Counted from the first letter of the stretch, positions 19,856 to 28,797 are shown. The stretch is 64,000 nucleotides of DNA from Acidimicrobiia bacterium (GCA_035305585.1 DATGOV010000020.1:39325-103324), one strand, 5' to 3'. A program made the numbers and translations. Notes: generated from the letters alone by a model not told the origin.

Positions 19856-20980
19856 TCAGCTCTGGAAGGGATACCGCAGGATCGCCGCCAGGTCGCCACC
19901 ACCCGGGATGTCGTCTCGTCGGACAGCGAGGACGCGGCCATTGGCGTTCCAGACCCGACGGGCGACCTCGTCGATCACCGAGTACGCCTCGGCGTCGTCG
20001 GTTTCGGCGAACTCGACGGCGCCTCGCTCGTCGACGAAACCGGGTACGACCGCATCGATGTCGACGAACAGGGTGTCGACCATCCCGAACGTCGCCGCCC
20101 GGGCGACGTTGGCCACGTCGGTGCCCGCCCGGCCCTCCGTCATGCGCCTCTCGAACAGGTCGTGGAGGGCGGCGAGCTGGATGGCGTACAGCTCGTCGAG
20201 GATCGTCCGGGCGCGAGCGGCCAGCTCGGCGTCCGAGGTGTTCTCGGGATTGCCGTCGATGCCCTCGTCGACGAGATGGGGATAGGTGTTCACGGAGCGG
20301 TAGATGGACTGCAGAGGCTCCGCCGCGGCGAGGATCAAGGGCACGTTCTGGTCGGCCATGCCCGAGCGGACCGCGTCGGCGACGCTCCTGCAATAGATGC
20401 GAAGGTGGCTCCGCTCGGCCATCGAGCTCTGGGTCTTTCCCCGAGGCGCCCGGTCGTCGACGTGGACGATCCGGACCGCGTCGACCACCCCCTCCGGCAG
20501 CTCCGGTATGTCGACCTCGGTGGGCCCGCCCTCGGGCAGCACCTCGAGCAATCTCACCGAGTTCTGCGACAGGGCGAGGACGAACGCCACCTGCGGGAAC
20601 GTGATCGACCGCAACAGGGGCTTCATGTGGAACCGGTCGGAGACGTCGACGATCTCGGTGAGCCGGTTCGGAAGCCGGTATGTGACCAACCACTCGGGGG
20701 TGGCGAACACCGCCAGGCTCCGAGCCAGATAGCGCCAGAAGTACTCGTCGGCTAGGAGGTCGGAGAACTGCTCTTCCAGGGCAGTGATCTCGCGCTTGTC
20801 GGCGCCCGCTTCGGTGAGCTGGTCCACCGCCTCGGCAACGAGGTTCTTCAGTGCGATGCGTTCCGCCTGTCCGGGGCTCGTCGGCTCGGTGGGGAGGTAG
20901 ATCGACACGCACCTGGGCCCGATGGTCTCGAAGAGTCGGCTGACTTGCTCGTGGGTGGGTATGTCGATGTGGAGTGGCAT
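19856..20980 (-). CDS. eRF1/Vms1-like (baeRF-type) release-factor-fold protein
   Basis: N-terminal CVSIYLPT and RFHMKPLL. RGKTQSSMAERSHLRIYCRSVADAV aligns by eye with eRF1 RGGQSALRFARLR..HNYVRKVAE. C-terminal ...AAILRYPF. ATG 20980 is preceded by GAAGGAG. Confidence 0.55.
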   Translation of the reverse strand: MPLHIDIPTHEQVSRLFETIGPRCVSIYLPTEPTSPGQAERIALKNLVAEAVDQLTEAGADKREITALEEQFSDLLADEYFWRYLARSLAVFATPEWLVTYRLPNRLTEIVDVSDRFHMKPLLRSITFPQVAFVLALSQNSVRLLEVLPEGGPTEVDIPELPEGVVDAVRIVHVDDRAPRGKTQSSMAERSHLRIYCRSVADAVRSGMADQNVPLILAAAEPLQSIYRSVNTYPHLVDEGIDGNPENTSDAELAARARTILDELYAIQLAALHDLFERRMTEGRAGTDVANVARAATFGMVDTLFVDIDAVVPGFVDERGAVEFAETDDAEAYSVIDEVARRVWNANGRVLAVRRDDIPGGGDLAAILRYPFQS

Positions 20981-21041
20981 CACGGCTCCTTCGTGGTGGA
21001 TGGCCGGGGGTTCCGATTCGTACATGAGCTACCGCAGATAG

Positions 21042-22097
21042 TCACGATCGAACCAGGATCCCGGCCTCGGACTCTTCTGTGGCCAGGTTCGTGCGGAAGA
21101 ACGCTCGCAGAACGGCCGAATTCGTTTCGAAATGGCGGCTGGGGGAGTGGGTGAGGAAGCGGCTTCCTGATGCCCGGACGAGGGGAAGCTGGAGTTGGTC
21201 CGCCAGGTGTATCCCGACGGGAACCCCTGCCCGCAGGTAGGTCTCGACCTCGGCGGCCACCGACCCGGCCACCTGCTCGGCGGGGACGCCCCGCCGCCCG
21301 AACCCGGTGAACACCTCTGTGACGTGTTCACTTTCGACGACCGCCATCACGGCGTTCCCCGGACCGTCGGCTTCCACTTCTTCTGCCACCAGCGCGCTCC
21401 CCGGCCAGCCCAGGCGGTTCTCCAACACCGCCAGCTCGCGATGGGCGATCGAGATGGGAAGTCGCGAGACGATCGCCCGCGCTTCGACAGTGCGAATCTC
21501 TCCCCGATCGGTCAACTCGAGAGGTCGCCACCGCGTTCCCCGGATGGTGGCGACGATCCGCCCGCCGCCAGCAGGATGGAACCCGGGGCGCTCCAGATCC
21601 AAGTCCGCTTCGAGTCCCATCCTCCGGAGAACGGGAAGGAAGGCCAGATCGAGGAATTCGTATGACGGGGCGCCGGGGTTGTGGGTCCCGCCGACGATCG
21701 TCACCTCCGATTCCTGTCCGCTTTCGGCGAGAGGCACGAGCAGGGTCTGCAGCACCAAGGTGGCACTCCCCGCCGTGCCCACATCGAACCGATAGCGCCC
21801 TGGCCGTACGGGGCCTGGTCGGAAGACGAGGCGATCCGATCCGAGGCGAGCTCCCTCCACGGCGGCGTCCCCGATCCGGGCGGCGGCCCGGACGGCCGTG
21901 AGGTGTTGGGCCAGCAGGCCGGGCCGGCGCCGCCTCGCCCGGATGCGTCTCATCTCGAAAGCGATACCGGTGAGCAGCGACGCCGACAGCGACGTGCGCA
22001 GGATCTGGCCACCGCCCTCGCCCATCGAACCGTCGATGACGACCGGGGCAGCGGCGGGGCTCTCGTCGTTCGGTTTGGCCATAGACCTCGTCATCAT
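21042..22097 (-). CDS. rtcA: RNA 3'-terminal phosphate cyclase
   Basis: DGSMGEGGGQILRTSLSASLLTG..F....IRARRRRPGLLAQHLTAV and IVGGTHNPGAPSYEFL. The start is uncertain (22082, 22094, 22097 or 22121). Confidence 0.88.
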   Translation of the reverse strand: MMTRSMAKPNDESPAAAPVVIDGSMGEGGGQILRTSLSASLLTGIAFEMRRIRARRRRPGLLAQHLTAVRAAARIGDAAVEGARLGSDRLVFRPGPVRPGRYRFDVGTAGSATLVLQTLLVPLAESGQESEVTIVGGTHNPGAPSYEFLDLAFLPVLRRMGLEADLDLERPGFHPAGGGRIVATIRGTRWRPLELTDRGEIRTVEARAIVSRLPISIAHRELAVLENRLGWPGSALVAEEVEADGPGNAVMAVVESEHVTEVFTGFGRRGVPAEQVAGSVAAEVETYLRAGVPVGIHLADQLQLPLVRASGSRFLTHSPSRHFETNSAVLRAFFRTNLATEESEAGILVRS

Positions 22098-22133
22098 CTG
22101 GTCCCCCTGGAAGCAACGCATACCCGATGTGGC

Positions 22134-23753
22134 TCAGTCGAGCATCGCGATTCGTGTCGCTTCGTCGATCTTCTCCCCGGTTTCGGGATGGACGGCATCA
22201 CAGCCGCCGTCCACCACGGTGACGGCTTCCCCGCGGGCGACGGGATTGCCGACCAGGTAGGGGGCGTCGAGCAGGCCCGATCGGACCACTGCGCCTAGTT
22301 CCTTGGAGTCGCCTTCCATCGCGCCGGGGTAGCGGTCGGCGATGGTGTCGAGCAAGTACTCCGCCTCTTCGACCAGCCAGTCCCTCCTCGCCACGACCTC
22401 GGGGTCGGCGAGCGGGTCGGGGAGGCCCAGCAGTGCATCGTCGACGACTTGTCGCACCAGCGTGCACGAAGTGATCAGCTCGTCGGGCTCGATGGCATGG
22501 TCCGCCTCCGTGTGGCCGACGACGTGGAGGATGTCGGGCGACAGTGCCATGGCCGTGCGGGTCGCCGAGCCCAGTTGGCCGAGGGCTCGAACCGGGTCGG
22601 CCGGCAGCGAGAACAGGCCCGCTCGTAGCTCACGCAGGATCGTCAACCCGGAGCCGGCGCGCCGCTCCACGACGGCATGCATGGCTTCCATCTTGGCGAT
22701 GTCCATCGCCGGCGAGATCCCCGCCGGGTTGTTCAGCATCATCTGGATCACGTACGTGTCGACTCCAACGGAGGCGGACAGGCGCGCCGCCAACCCGGCC
22801 GCGGCCACCTGGACCGTGTCTGAGGCGGCGCGGAGCCCCCATTGGTTCTGATCGTTGCGTTCGACCGGGATGCCGTTGGCCGCACTCCAAGCCACCAACT
22901 CCTGGTTCTCGGCGATGGCGTCCTCCAGCGGGCGCTTCGAGCGTCCGTCCAGCTCCGAGTACCAGAACACCGGGATCGCGCACCAGGCGTTCTCGATGGT
23001 CTCGTGCAGCATCCGGCCGAACTCCACCAGGTCGTTGGTGCCGGCGTAGCACCGCAGAAGGGGGCGGTTCCCTCGCTGGGCAGCTTCGTACAGGCGTCGG
23101 AAGTCGTCGGGCGTGCGGACGGGCACGCCGCCGGCGCCGTCTTGGGACGGGTCCATGCGTTCCGGATGGAAGAAGTGCTCCTGGGCGTTCTGATCCGGGG
23201 CCAGCGAGATCACATCGACGACACCGGCTTCGGCGATCTCCTGGATGCCGCGGATCGTCCTCTCCAGCGAGGGGAGGCCGAAGTGATGCCTGATCAGAGG
23301 CCGCCGGCCGCTCAGCCGGCGGCGGGTCAACAGGTCCTGAGGACCGGAAAGGACTTCGAGCGACGCTGTCTCCTCCCCGGAGAGCCACTCGTCGATGTCC
23401 TCGTCGGGGCGATCGCCGAACACCCGGTCGAAGACTCCCGACCGGCGGGCCACTTCGGCTACCGGCGGCGGGCCACCGAACCAGGTCCTGGTCCCGGCGA
23501 GGCCAGCCCTCTCCAAGGCAGAGCCCAGCTCCGAGAACAGCCGCTCGGCCGCCTCGGGCGTGAGTCGGTAGGAGAGAGCCAGCACGTCCGGCTCCAGTCG
23601 CTTGGCCTCTTCGATCACCCGCTCGATGGGGGTCGCAGGGCCCAAGAACACAGTGCGGAATCCGTGGCGGCGGGTGGCGGCGAGGAAGTTGAGGATCCCG
23701 GCGACGTGGACGCAGTCGCCGATCGCCGCACCCAGTACGAGCTTCTCAGTCAT
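22134..23753 (-). CDS. Fused B12-binding-like domain / TIM-barrel mutase-like protein (function unknown)
   Basis: N-terminal flavodoxin-like B12-domain pattern LVLGAAIGDCVHVAGI...PDVLALSY. The C-terminal ~400 aa resemble the glutamate-mutase E chain by eye (IRHHFG...; VIQMMLNN..GISPAMDIAKMEA; GLLDAPYL). ATGA overlap with the upstream gene. Confidence 0.5.
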   Translation of the reverse strand: MTEKLVLGAAIGDCVHVAGILNFLAATRRHGFRTVFLGPATPIERVIEEAKRLEPDVLALSYRLTPEAAERLFSELGSALERAGLAGTRTWFGGPPPVAEVARRSGVFDRVFGDRPDEDIDEWLSGEETASLEVLSGPQDLLTRRRLSGRRPLIRHHFGLPSLERTIRGIQEIAEAGVVDVISLAPDQNAQEHFFHPERMDPSQDGAGGVPVRTPDDFRRLYEAAQRGNRPLLRCYAGTNDLVEFGRMLHETIENAWCAIPVFWYSELDGRSKRPLEDAIAENQELVAWSAANGIPVERNDQNQWGLRAASDTVQVAAAGLAARLSASVGVDTYVIQMMLNNPAGISPAMDIAKMEAMHAVVERRAGSGLTILRELRAGLFSLPADPVRALGQLGSATRTAMALSPDILHVVGHTEADHAIEPDELITSCTLVRQVVDDALLGLPDPLADPEVVARRDWLVEEAEYLLDTIADRYPGAMEGDSKELGAVVRSGLLDAPYLVGNPVARGEAVTVVDGGCDAVHPETGEKIDEATRIAMLD

Positions 23754-24844
23754 GAGCTGTACCCATAGCTAGCCACCCGCCGGATCTCGGCCGGGCTCAA
23801 ACCCGCCAAGCCGAGGCTCTCGAGCGTCCGCCCTCTGCTCCAGTAGTTCGTCTGGTGCACGATCCCGGCGAGCGTGATCACAGACTCGATCGCTCGGGGG
23901 TTCAGGCCGAAATGGCGTCCCGCCGATGCCATCGGAACCATGCTCATCGGCACGTCCTCGAGCATGTAGCGGTTCTCCATCGTCGGCGGCGCGGAGATCC
24001 CCCGGTAGCCTTCGTTCGCTTGGATCGCCTCGTAGAGATCCTTCCCTTGGGCACGATAGGCGATCATCAGCCAGTCACGCATGGAGCGTGTCGGCACACC
24101 GAGCAGGCTGGACACCGCCAGCCGTTCCCTGTCGACCGCCTCGAGGACGTTGGCGACGCCGGGGCTGACACCATCGAGGTAGAACTCGAACCGACCCTGC
24201 GTGTTCTCGATCCGAGCGGTGTTGAACAACGTGATCGCCGGATGGACCACGGCGCCGACGTTGGCGAAGCTCGTCTCGAGGGTGCACTCCGCAGGGTGGA
24301 ACTGGGGATACCAGGGCGCGAGCTGGGCGACCACGTCCGCGGTCCGAGTGCACGGGATCGCCGCGAGATTGACCGAACGCTTCACCCGGTTGATTCGGGA
24401 CTGCGCCGGGCCAGTGCTGCGGGATGCGAAGATGAAGGTGCCCGCCTCGGCCACCACCACGCCCTCGGAAGCCTCCTGGGCCCTCAGTTCGTGGAGGAAC
24501 TCGATGGCGCCGAAGGTGCGTCCCGGGTTGAGAACGACCGTCTGGCCGCTTCGGAGATACGGGGCCGCCTTCCGGGCGACTTCCCGGTGCCCGAAAGCCG
24601 GCACACAGACCATGACCAGGTTGGCATCGGCCAACGCCTCGCCGATGTCGGAAGTGACCAGGCGGATCTTCCCGAAACCTTCGATCTCGCCTTCCAGATC
24701 GACTCCGCCGTGCTCCGCGACCTCGGCTACGTGCTCGGGGGTCCGGTTCCACAGGACCACGTCGGCTCCCATGCGACCCAGATCTCCCGCGAGAGCCCGG
24801 CCCGCATGGCCTGCGCCTAGAACTGCAATCGATCCGTTGCTCAT
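23750..24844 (-). CDS. Opine (octopine/nopaline) dehydrogenase-family NAD(P) oxidoreductase
   Basis: IAVLGAGHAGRALAGDL Rossmann motif; C-terminal YMLEDVPMSMVPMAS...GL..P.IESVITLA. ATG 24844 is preceded by AAGGA. Confidence 0.8.
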   Translation of the reverse strand: MSNGSIAVLGAGHAGRALAGDLGRMGADVVLWNRTPEHVAEVAEHGGVDLEGEIEGFGKIRLVTSDIGEALADANLVMVCVPAFGHREVARKAAPYLRSGQTVVLNPGRTFGAIEFLHELRAQEASEGVVVAEAGTFIFASRSTGPAQSRINRVKRSVNLAAIPCTRTADVVAQLAPWYPQFHPAECTLETSFANVGAVVHPAITLFNTARIENTQGRFEFYLDGVSPGVANVLEAVDRERLAVSSLLGVPTRSMRDWLMIAYRAQGKDLYEAIQANEGYRGISAPPTMENRYMLEDVPMSMVPMASAGRHFGLNPRAIESVITLAGIVHQTNYWSRGRTLESLGLAGLSPAEIRRVASYGYSS

Positions 24845-25122
24845 CTCGATCCTTTCACTGCGCCGGGGCCCGGTCGTGACCATCGGATGCGGTCAACCGA
24901 ACCCCGAGACTGGGCTGTCCATACGGACGTCTCCTCTTCCGATTCCAAGCCGTGAACGGATCGGATGGCTGGTTCCGAGATGTCTTTCGGCGGTTCCTAG
25001 CCTTTCTCTTCTCCGTCTCGCCGCTCACAGCCCCTGTGTTTTCGACTCTGCCGTATCCAGGGGCCGCTGTTGAGGGCCTAAGGTCCCGCCGGGCTAGGGG
25101 CCTTCGTGAGAAATTCCGCCCG

Positions 25123-25167
25123 TCTGTGAAGATTTCTGCGGCGCTCAGCCGCAGAAATCTTCACAGA
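25123..25167 (-). terminator. Perfect AT-rich hairpin 15 nt downstream of the trmB-like stop
   Basis: ctgtgaagatttctgcggc (25124-25142), loop gctca, gccgcagaaatcttcacag (25148-25166), plus a flanking T:A pair. No U-tract follows. Confidence 0.5.
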
Positions 25168-25181
25168 GTGGGGGTCGGCGA

Positions 25182-26003
25182 TCAGCGGGCGATGTCGAGC
25201 GCCTGAAGGGCTTTTTCGAAGGTGATCGCCTGCTCCCACATCGCTTCGAAGGTGACGCGGAGGGCGGCAGCGAGGGCCGGGTGCTCGACCACCATCATCG
25301 TCGCCTCGGCGCCGGAGGCGACCGGGTCGTCGAGGGCGAACATCACCAACGAGCGGTCGACGATCCCCATCTTCAATGGCAGCTCTTCGACGAACCTCGC
25401 CTCCTCGCCGGCCTCGATGAATCGGCGGATGCCTTCGACCGTGGCGGGATCCGAGAGGAGCCCGATCTCGTAGATGGAACGGGCCCGGTAACGCTTCAAA
25501 CCGGCGATTCCCGTGACGTTCTCCTGGACCGGCAGGGCGATGGGGGGCTTCGTGAACACGAGGATCTCTTCGCGCACCTTCTCGGAGATCTCGGCGGTGT
25601 ACTGGGAGATCGTGGCGTTGCCCCGCAGGACCTGGATGAAGTCGAGAGGCTCGGTGTGGTCTCGCCCGGAGTCGAACTCCGGCTCCAGACGGTCGATGAG
25701 ATCGGAGCCGGTGCTCTCGATGTCTTTCATACGGCTGCGGTGCTCGTCGAGCAGTCGTCCCACGGCCGCGGCGGGCGGCATCGCCGAATAGCGGATCACG
25801 GCGCCGGGCCAACTCGAGGCGAACCCTCGGTCGATCAGGCTCCGCAGCACGTCGTAGATCCGAGCTCGCGGAATCGCCGCACGGCGGGCGATCTCTGCCG
25901 CGGTGAAGGAATCCCTGCCCAGCAAGGCGACATACGCCTTCGCCTCGTATGTCGTCAGGCCCAGGCTGGTGAGTTCGGCGATGCTCTGCGTGTAAGCCTC
26001 CAC
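25182..26003 (-). CDS. TrmB-family transcriptional regulator
   Basis: N-terminal LGLTTYEAKAYVALLGRDSFTAAEIARRAAIPRARIYDVLRSLIDRGF winged HTH, followed by a TrmB-type C-terminal domain. Confidence 0.8.
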   Translation of the reverse strand: MEAYTQSIAELTSLGLTTYEAKAYVALLGRDSFTAAEIARRAAIPRARIYDVLRSLIDRGFASSWPGAVIRYSAMPPAAAVGRLLDEHRSRMKDIESTGSDLIDRLEPEFDSGRDHTEPLDFIQVLRGNATISQYTAEISEKVREEILVFTKPPIALPVQENVTGIAGLKRYRARSIYEIGLLSDPATVEGIRRFIEAGEEARFVEELPLKMGIVDRSLVMFALDDPVASGAEATMMVVEHPALAAALRVTFEAMWEQAITFEKALQALDIAR

Positions 26004-26165
26004 AGAAAGACGTTAAGGCACAACTCTACTGGCCCGCAAGCGAGCGTCGAAGAACGCAACGTCCGATCTACTGGCGCCAGGTCAGCGTGTGACGAGGTCG
26101 GTGCCGAGCAGGCCCTGACGAGTCCTCTATGCTTCCTCCTCGTTTCCTGACCAGGGGGAGAGACC

Positions 26166-28544
26166 TTGTCCTCGAGAAGGGGTGTGATCGCGGCGGTCCT
26201 GATGTCGGCGGTCCTCGTCGCTTGCCAGGGCGACGACGGCTCCGCGGCCGACACGACGTCGGGCACCGGCTCGACCAACACGACCGTCGCCACGTCCACC
26301 ACCGTTACAGCCGCCACCACGACGCCGACGCCTCCCTCGACGACAACGACCGAACCGCAAGAAGTCCATCCGTTCGACTGGCAGGCGCTCGAGGTGGCCG
26401 AGTTCGAGAGCCGGGAGAAAGGGGGAGGGTTCGGGGCCATCGTTCCGACTCCCTCGGGCAACTGGCTGCTCGGCGGGTCGGTGATCGACGAAGATGGGAT
26501 ACCTCGGCCGATGGTGTGGCATTCGGCGGACGGCCTGGAGTGGGAGCCCAAGGAGCTCCCTACCACCGACCGCGGCATGACGGTGATGGGCGGCGCATGG
26601 TCGGGTGACACGGGTCTGCTCGCCGGCCACATGGCCGGTCCCGGCTCGAACACCACGGCTGTCGTGTGGACGGTCGACGAGAGCGGCAACGGCGATCTCG
26701 TGGAGGTCGACACCTTCCCCGTGGGGATGGAGGTCACGAAAGTGGAGGCCCAGCCGGGAGGCGGATTCGTGCTCGCTGGATGGTCCGCCGACCGGTCGGT
26801 GTTGTTCAGATCCGAAGACGGCCGGAATTGGACCCGGGATCCACGTGCGGACGAGATGCTCGACGACCTGACCTTTCCCTTCATCCGGGATCTCGCCGCC
26901 GGCGACCTCGGCCTCCTCGTCATGGTCGTGGACGAGCGGGGCCAGAACGACCTCGGTGTTCTGTTGCTCGATCGAGGAGATGGTCTCGAGGAGGTGGCCC
27001 GGATCGAACACGAATCCGACGTCGACCTCAACGGCGCCGTGGTCACCGGAGCCCAGTTCCAGGTCTACGGGGCCGTCCGTTCCGGGTCTGCCTACGAGAG
27101 CGCCATCTGGGTGTCACACGACGGCGACGAGTGGTCGAGGTCGACCCCGACGATCTCGATCGACGACGGTCATCTGGCGTCCAACGTCTACGGAAACGCC
27201 TTCATCGACGCCGTTCGTGACGCCGATGGGCTCGTCGGTGTGGTCTTCGAAGCCAACTCGTATCTGTTCGTTGGCTCCGAGGACGGAACCGATTGGACCG
27301 AGATCCCGATCGAAGGCGGCGTCGAAGGCGGCATCTTGGACACCGATGTCCCGTTCCTCGACGAGATGGCTGCATCCGGGGGAGTGGTGCTAGCGACGTC
27401 GACCGAACTGCCGACGCCTTTCCTCTTTCGAGTCGAAGGTGGCCGGGCAACCCAGGTGGTGCACGATGCACTGCCGATGCCCCTCGAGTCGGTGACGATC
27501 ACCGATTCGGTAGTGGACGGTAACCGGGTGGTGACGTTGGCCGACCGGGTCGGGGCGAGCCGCCACCTGTCCGAAGAAGGGTCAGCTTCCTCGCAGGTCG
27601 TTGCCGTCGGCCTGGACGGCGAGGTCGAAGCGAGCGAACCCGTTCCCGACCTCTTGATGTCTGGCATCGCCCTCACATCGGACGGAGTGGCTGTGGTCGG
27701 ATACGAGCGATTCATCGCCAGGTGGCTCGGTGAGGGCACGATCGATCCGAGAGCGTGGTGGGGCTCGACGATCCCCGAACTCACCGAAGTCGACACCGGG
27801 AGCCCTCCGGAGGAGCGAACGAAACGACTCGGGAACGTCGCCGTGATCGACGCCGGGCTGGTTGGGTTCGGGACTCATTTCATCGAGACCGGCGTCAATG
27901 CCCCGATCTTCTGGTACAGCGCCGACGGCAAGTCGTGGGAAGAAGTCCCGGCCCCCGACGAGCGGGCCACCATCAACGTGGCCCGACGAGGCCTGTGCGT
28001 CTTGCCCGACGGGGGAGCCATGGCGATCGGTCGTCACCAGACGGAGTCAGGGCCTGCCCCGGCGACCTGGGTGACGGCCGACGGCCGTTCGTGGGACCTC
28101 ACGGTGTCTGGGCCAGAGCGATTCGCAGCGGAGGGATTGGTCGAGTTGTGGGGATGCTTGGACGCCGGGGACCGTACGATCGTGCTGGGATCTGTCGGGA
28201 CTCCATCCGTAGCGTCTGCGTGGGAGACCACGGACGGCAGGGAGTTCACACCGATCGAGACGCCCGACGCGGGAGCCTCGAGCAGATGGTGGTCGGCGGC
28301 TGTCGGTCCGGATGGCTCCTTGTACCTGCTCGGGCGTTATGTCGTCGAGGGTGAGTCGCAGCAAGTGCTGGGCGTGGTGGGGCCCGATGGAACGGAGTCG
28401 TTGATCGGTCTCGAGGTCGAGGCCCTCATGGGTCCGACCGGGCCGGCGGCGCTGAGTGACCTGTACGTCGTCGACGACCATCTCGTGCTCCTGGGGACGA
28501 TGCTGGGCGATGCCCGGATCTGGACGGCGCCTCTGTCGCCTTGA
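26166..28544 (+). CDS. Secreted BNR/Asp-box repeat beta-propeller lipoprotein
   Basis: TTG start after GGGGGAG; lipobox LVAC; Thr/Pro-rich linker. Seven SxDGxxW-type boxes: HSADGLEW, RSEDGRNW, VSHDGDEW, GSEDGTDW, YSADGKSW, VTADGRSW, ETTDGREF. Confidence 0.7.
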   Translation: MSSRRGVIAAVLMSAVLVACQGDDGSAADTTSGTGSTNTTVATSTTVTAATTTPTPPSTTTTEPQEVHPFDWQALEVAEFESREKGGGFGAIVPTPSGNWLLGGSVIDEDGIPRPMVWHSADGLEWEPKELPTTDRGMTVMGGAWSGDTGLLAGHMAGPGSNTTAVVWTVDESGNGDLVEVDTFPVGMEVTKVEAQPGGGFVLAGWSADRSVLFRSEDGRNWTRDPRADEMLDDLTFPFIRDLAAGDLGLLVMVVDERGQNDLGVLLLDRGDGLEEVARIEHESDVDLNGAVVTGAQFQVYGAVRSGSAYESAIWVSHDGDEWSRSTPTISIDDGHLASNVYGNAFIDAVRDADGLVGVVFEANSYLFVGSEDGTDWTEIPIEGGVEGGILDTDVPFLDEMAASGGVVLATSTELPTPFLFRVEGGRATQVVHDALPMPLESVTITDSVVDGNRVVTLADRVGASRHLSEEGSASSQVVAVGLDGEVEASEPVPDLLMSGIALTSDGVAVVGYERFIARWLGEGTIDPRAWWGSTIPELTEVDTGSPPEERTKRLGNVAVIDAGLVGFGTHFIETGVNAPIFWYSADGKSWEEVPAPDERATINVARRGLCVLPDGGAMAIGRHQTESGPAPATWVTADGRSWDLTVSGPERFAAEGLVELWGCLDAGDRTIVLGSVGTPSVASAWETTDGREFTPIETPDAGASSRWWSAAVGPDGSLYLLGRYVVEGESQQVLGVVGPDGTESLIGLEVEALMGPTGPAALSDLYVVDDHLVLLGTMLGDARIWTAPLSP

Positions 28545-28590
28545 GAAGAAGAGCCGGGTTGACATCCGTCGTAGCGGGTAGGTCCGTTCC

Positions 28591-28797
28591 GTGACTCAGG
28601 AAACAACAGAACCGACCGTGATCCGAGCCTACCCCGACGGGCCCTTCCTCGTCCGAGGCGACTTCGTCCTGGAGGACACCGAGCAGGGCGAGGTGCCGCT
28701 ACGGCGTTCCGTGATCGCCCTGTGCCGCTGCGGCCTTTCCCGCAACGCTCCCATGTGCGACGGGAGTCACCGCTCGCGGTCCCGCTCGACGACGTAA
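28591..28797 (+). CDS. CDGSH iron-sulfur domain protein
   Basis: CRCGLSRNAPMCDGSH matches the CDGSH [2Fe-2S] signature. 68 aa, GTG start. Confidence 0.8.
   Translation: MTQETTEPTVIRAYPDGPFLVRGDFVLEDTEQGEVPLRRSVIALCRCGLSRNAPMCDGSHRSRSRSTT

Noticed and set aside
17910-20912. 1000-aa minus-strand ORF spanning the PPOX, TatD, CapA and baeRF-like gene region
   Set aside because: The product is extremely Arg/Pro/Gly-rich with no motifs. It runs antisense or out of frame to four ORFs with clear family signatures. This is the usual shadow-ORF artefact of high-GC DNA.
16562-21000. Genomic island integrated at tRNA-Asn
   Set aside because: No integrase or recombinase, no direct repeat of the tRNA 3' end that I could find, and the downstream genes have ordinary composition and operon structure.
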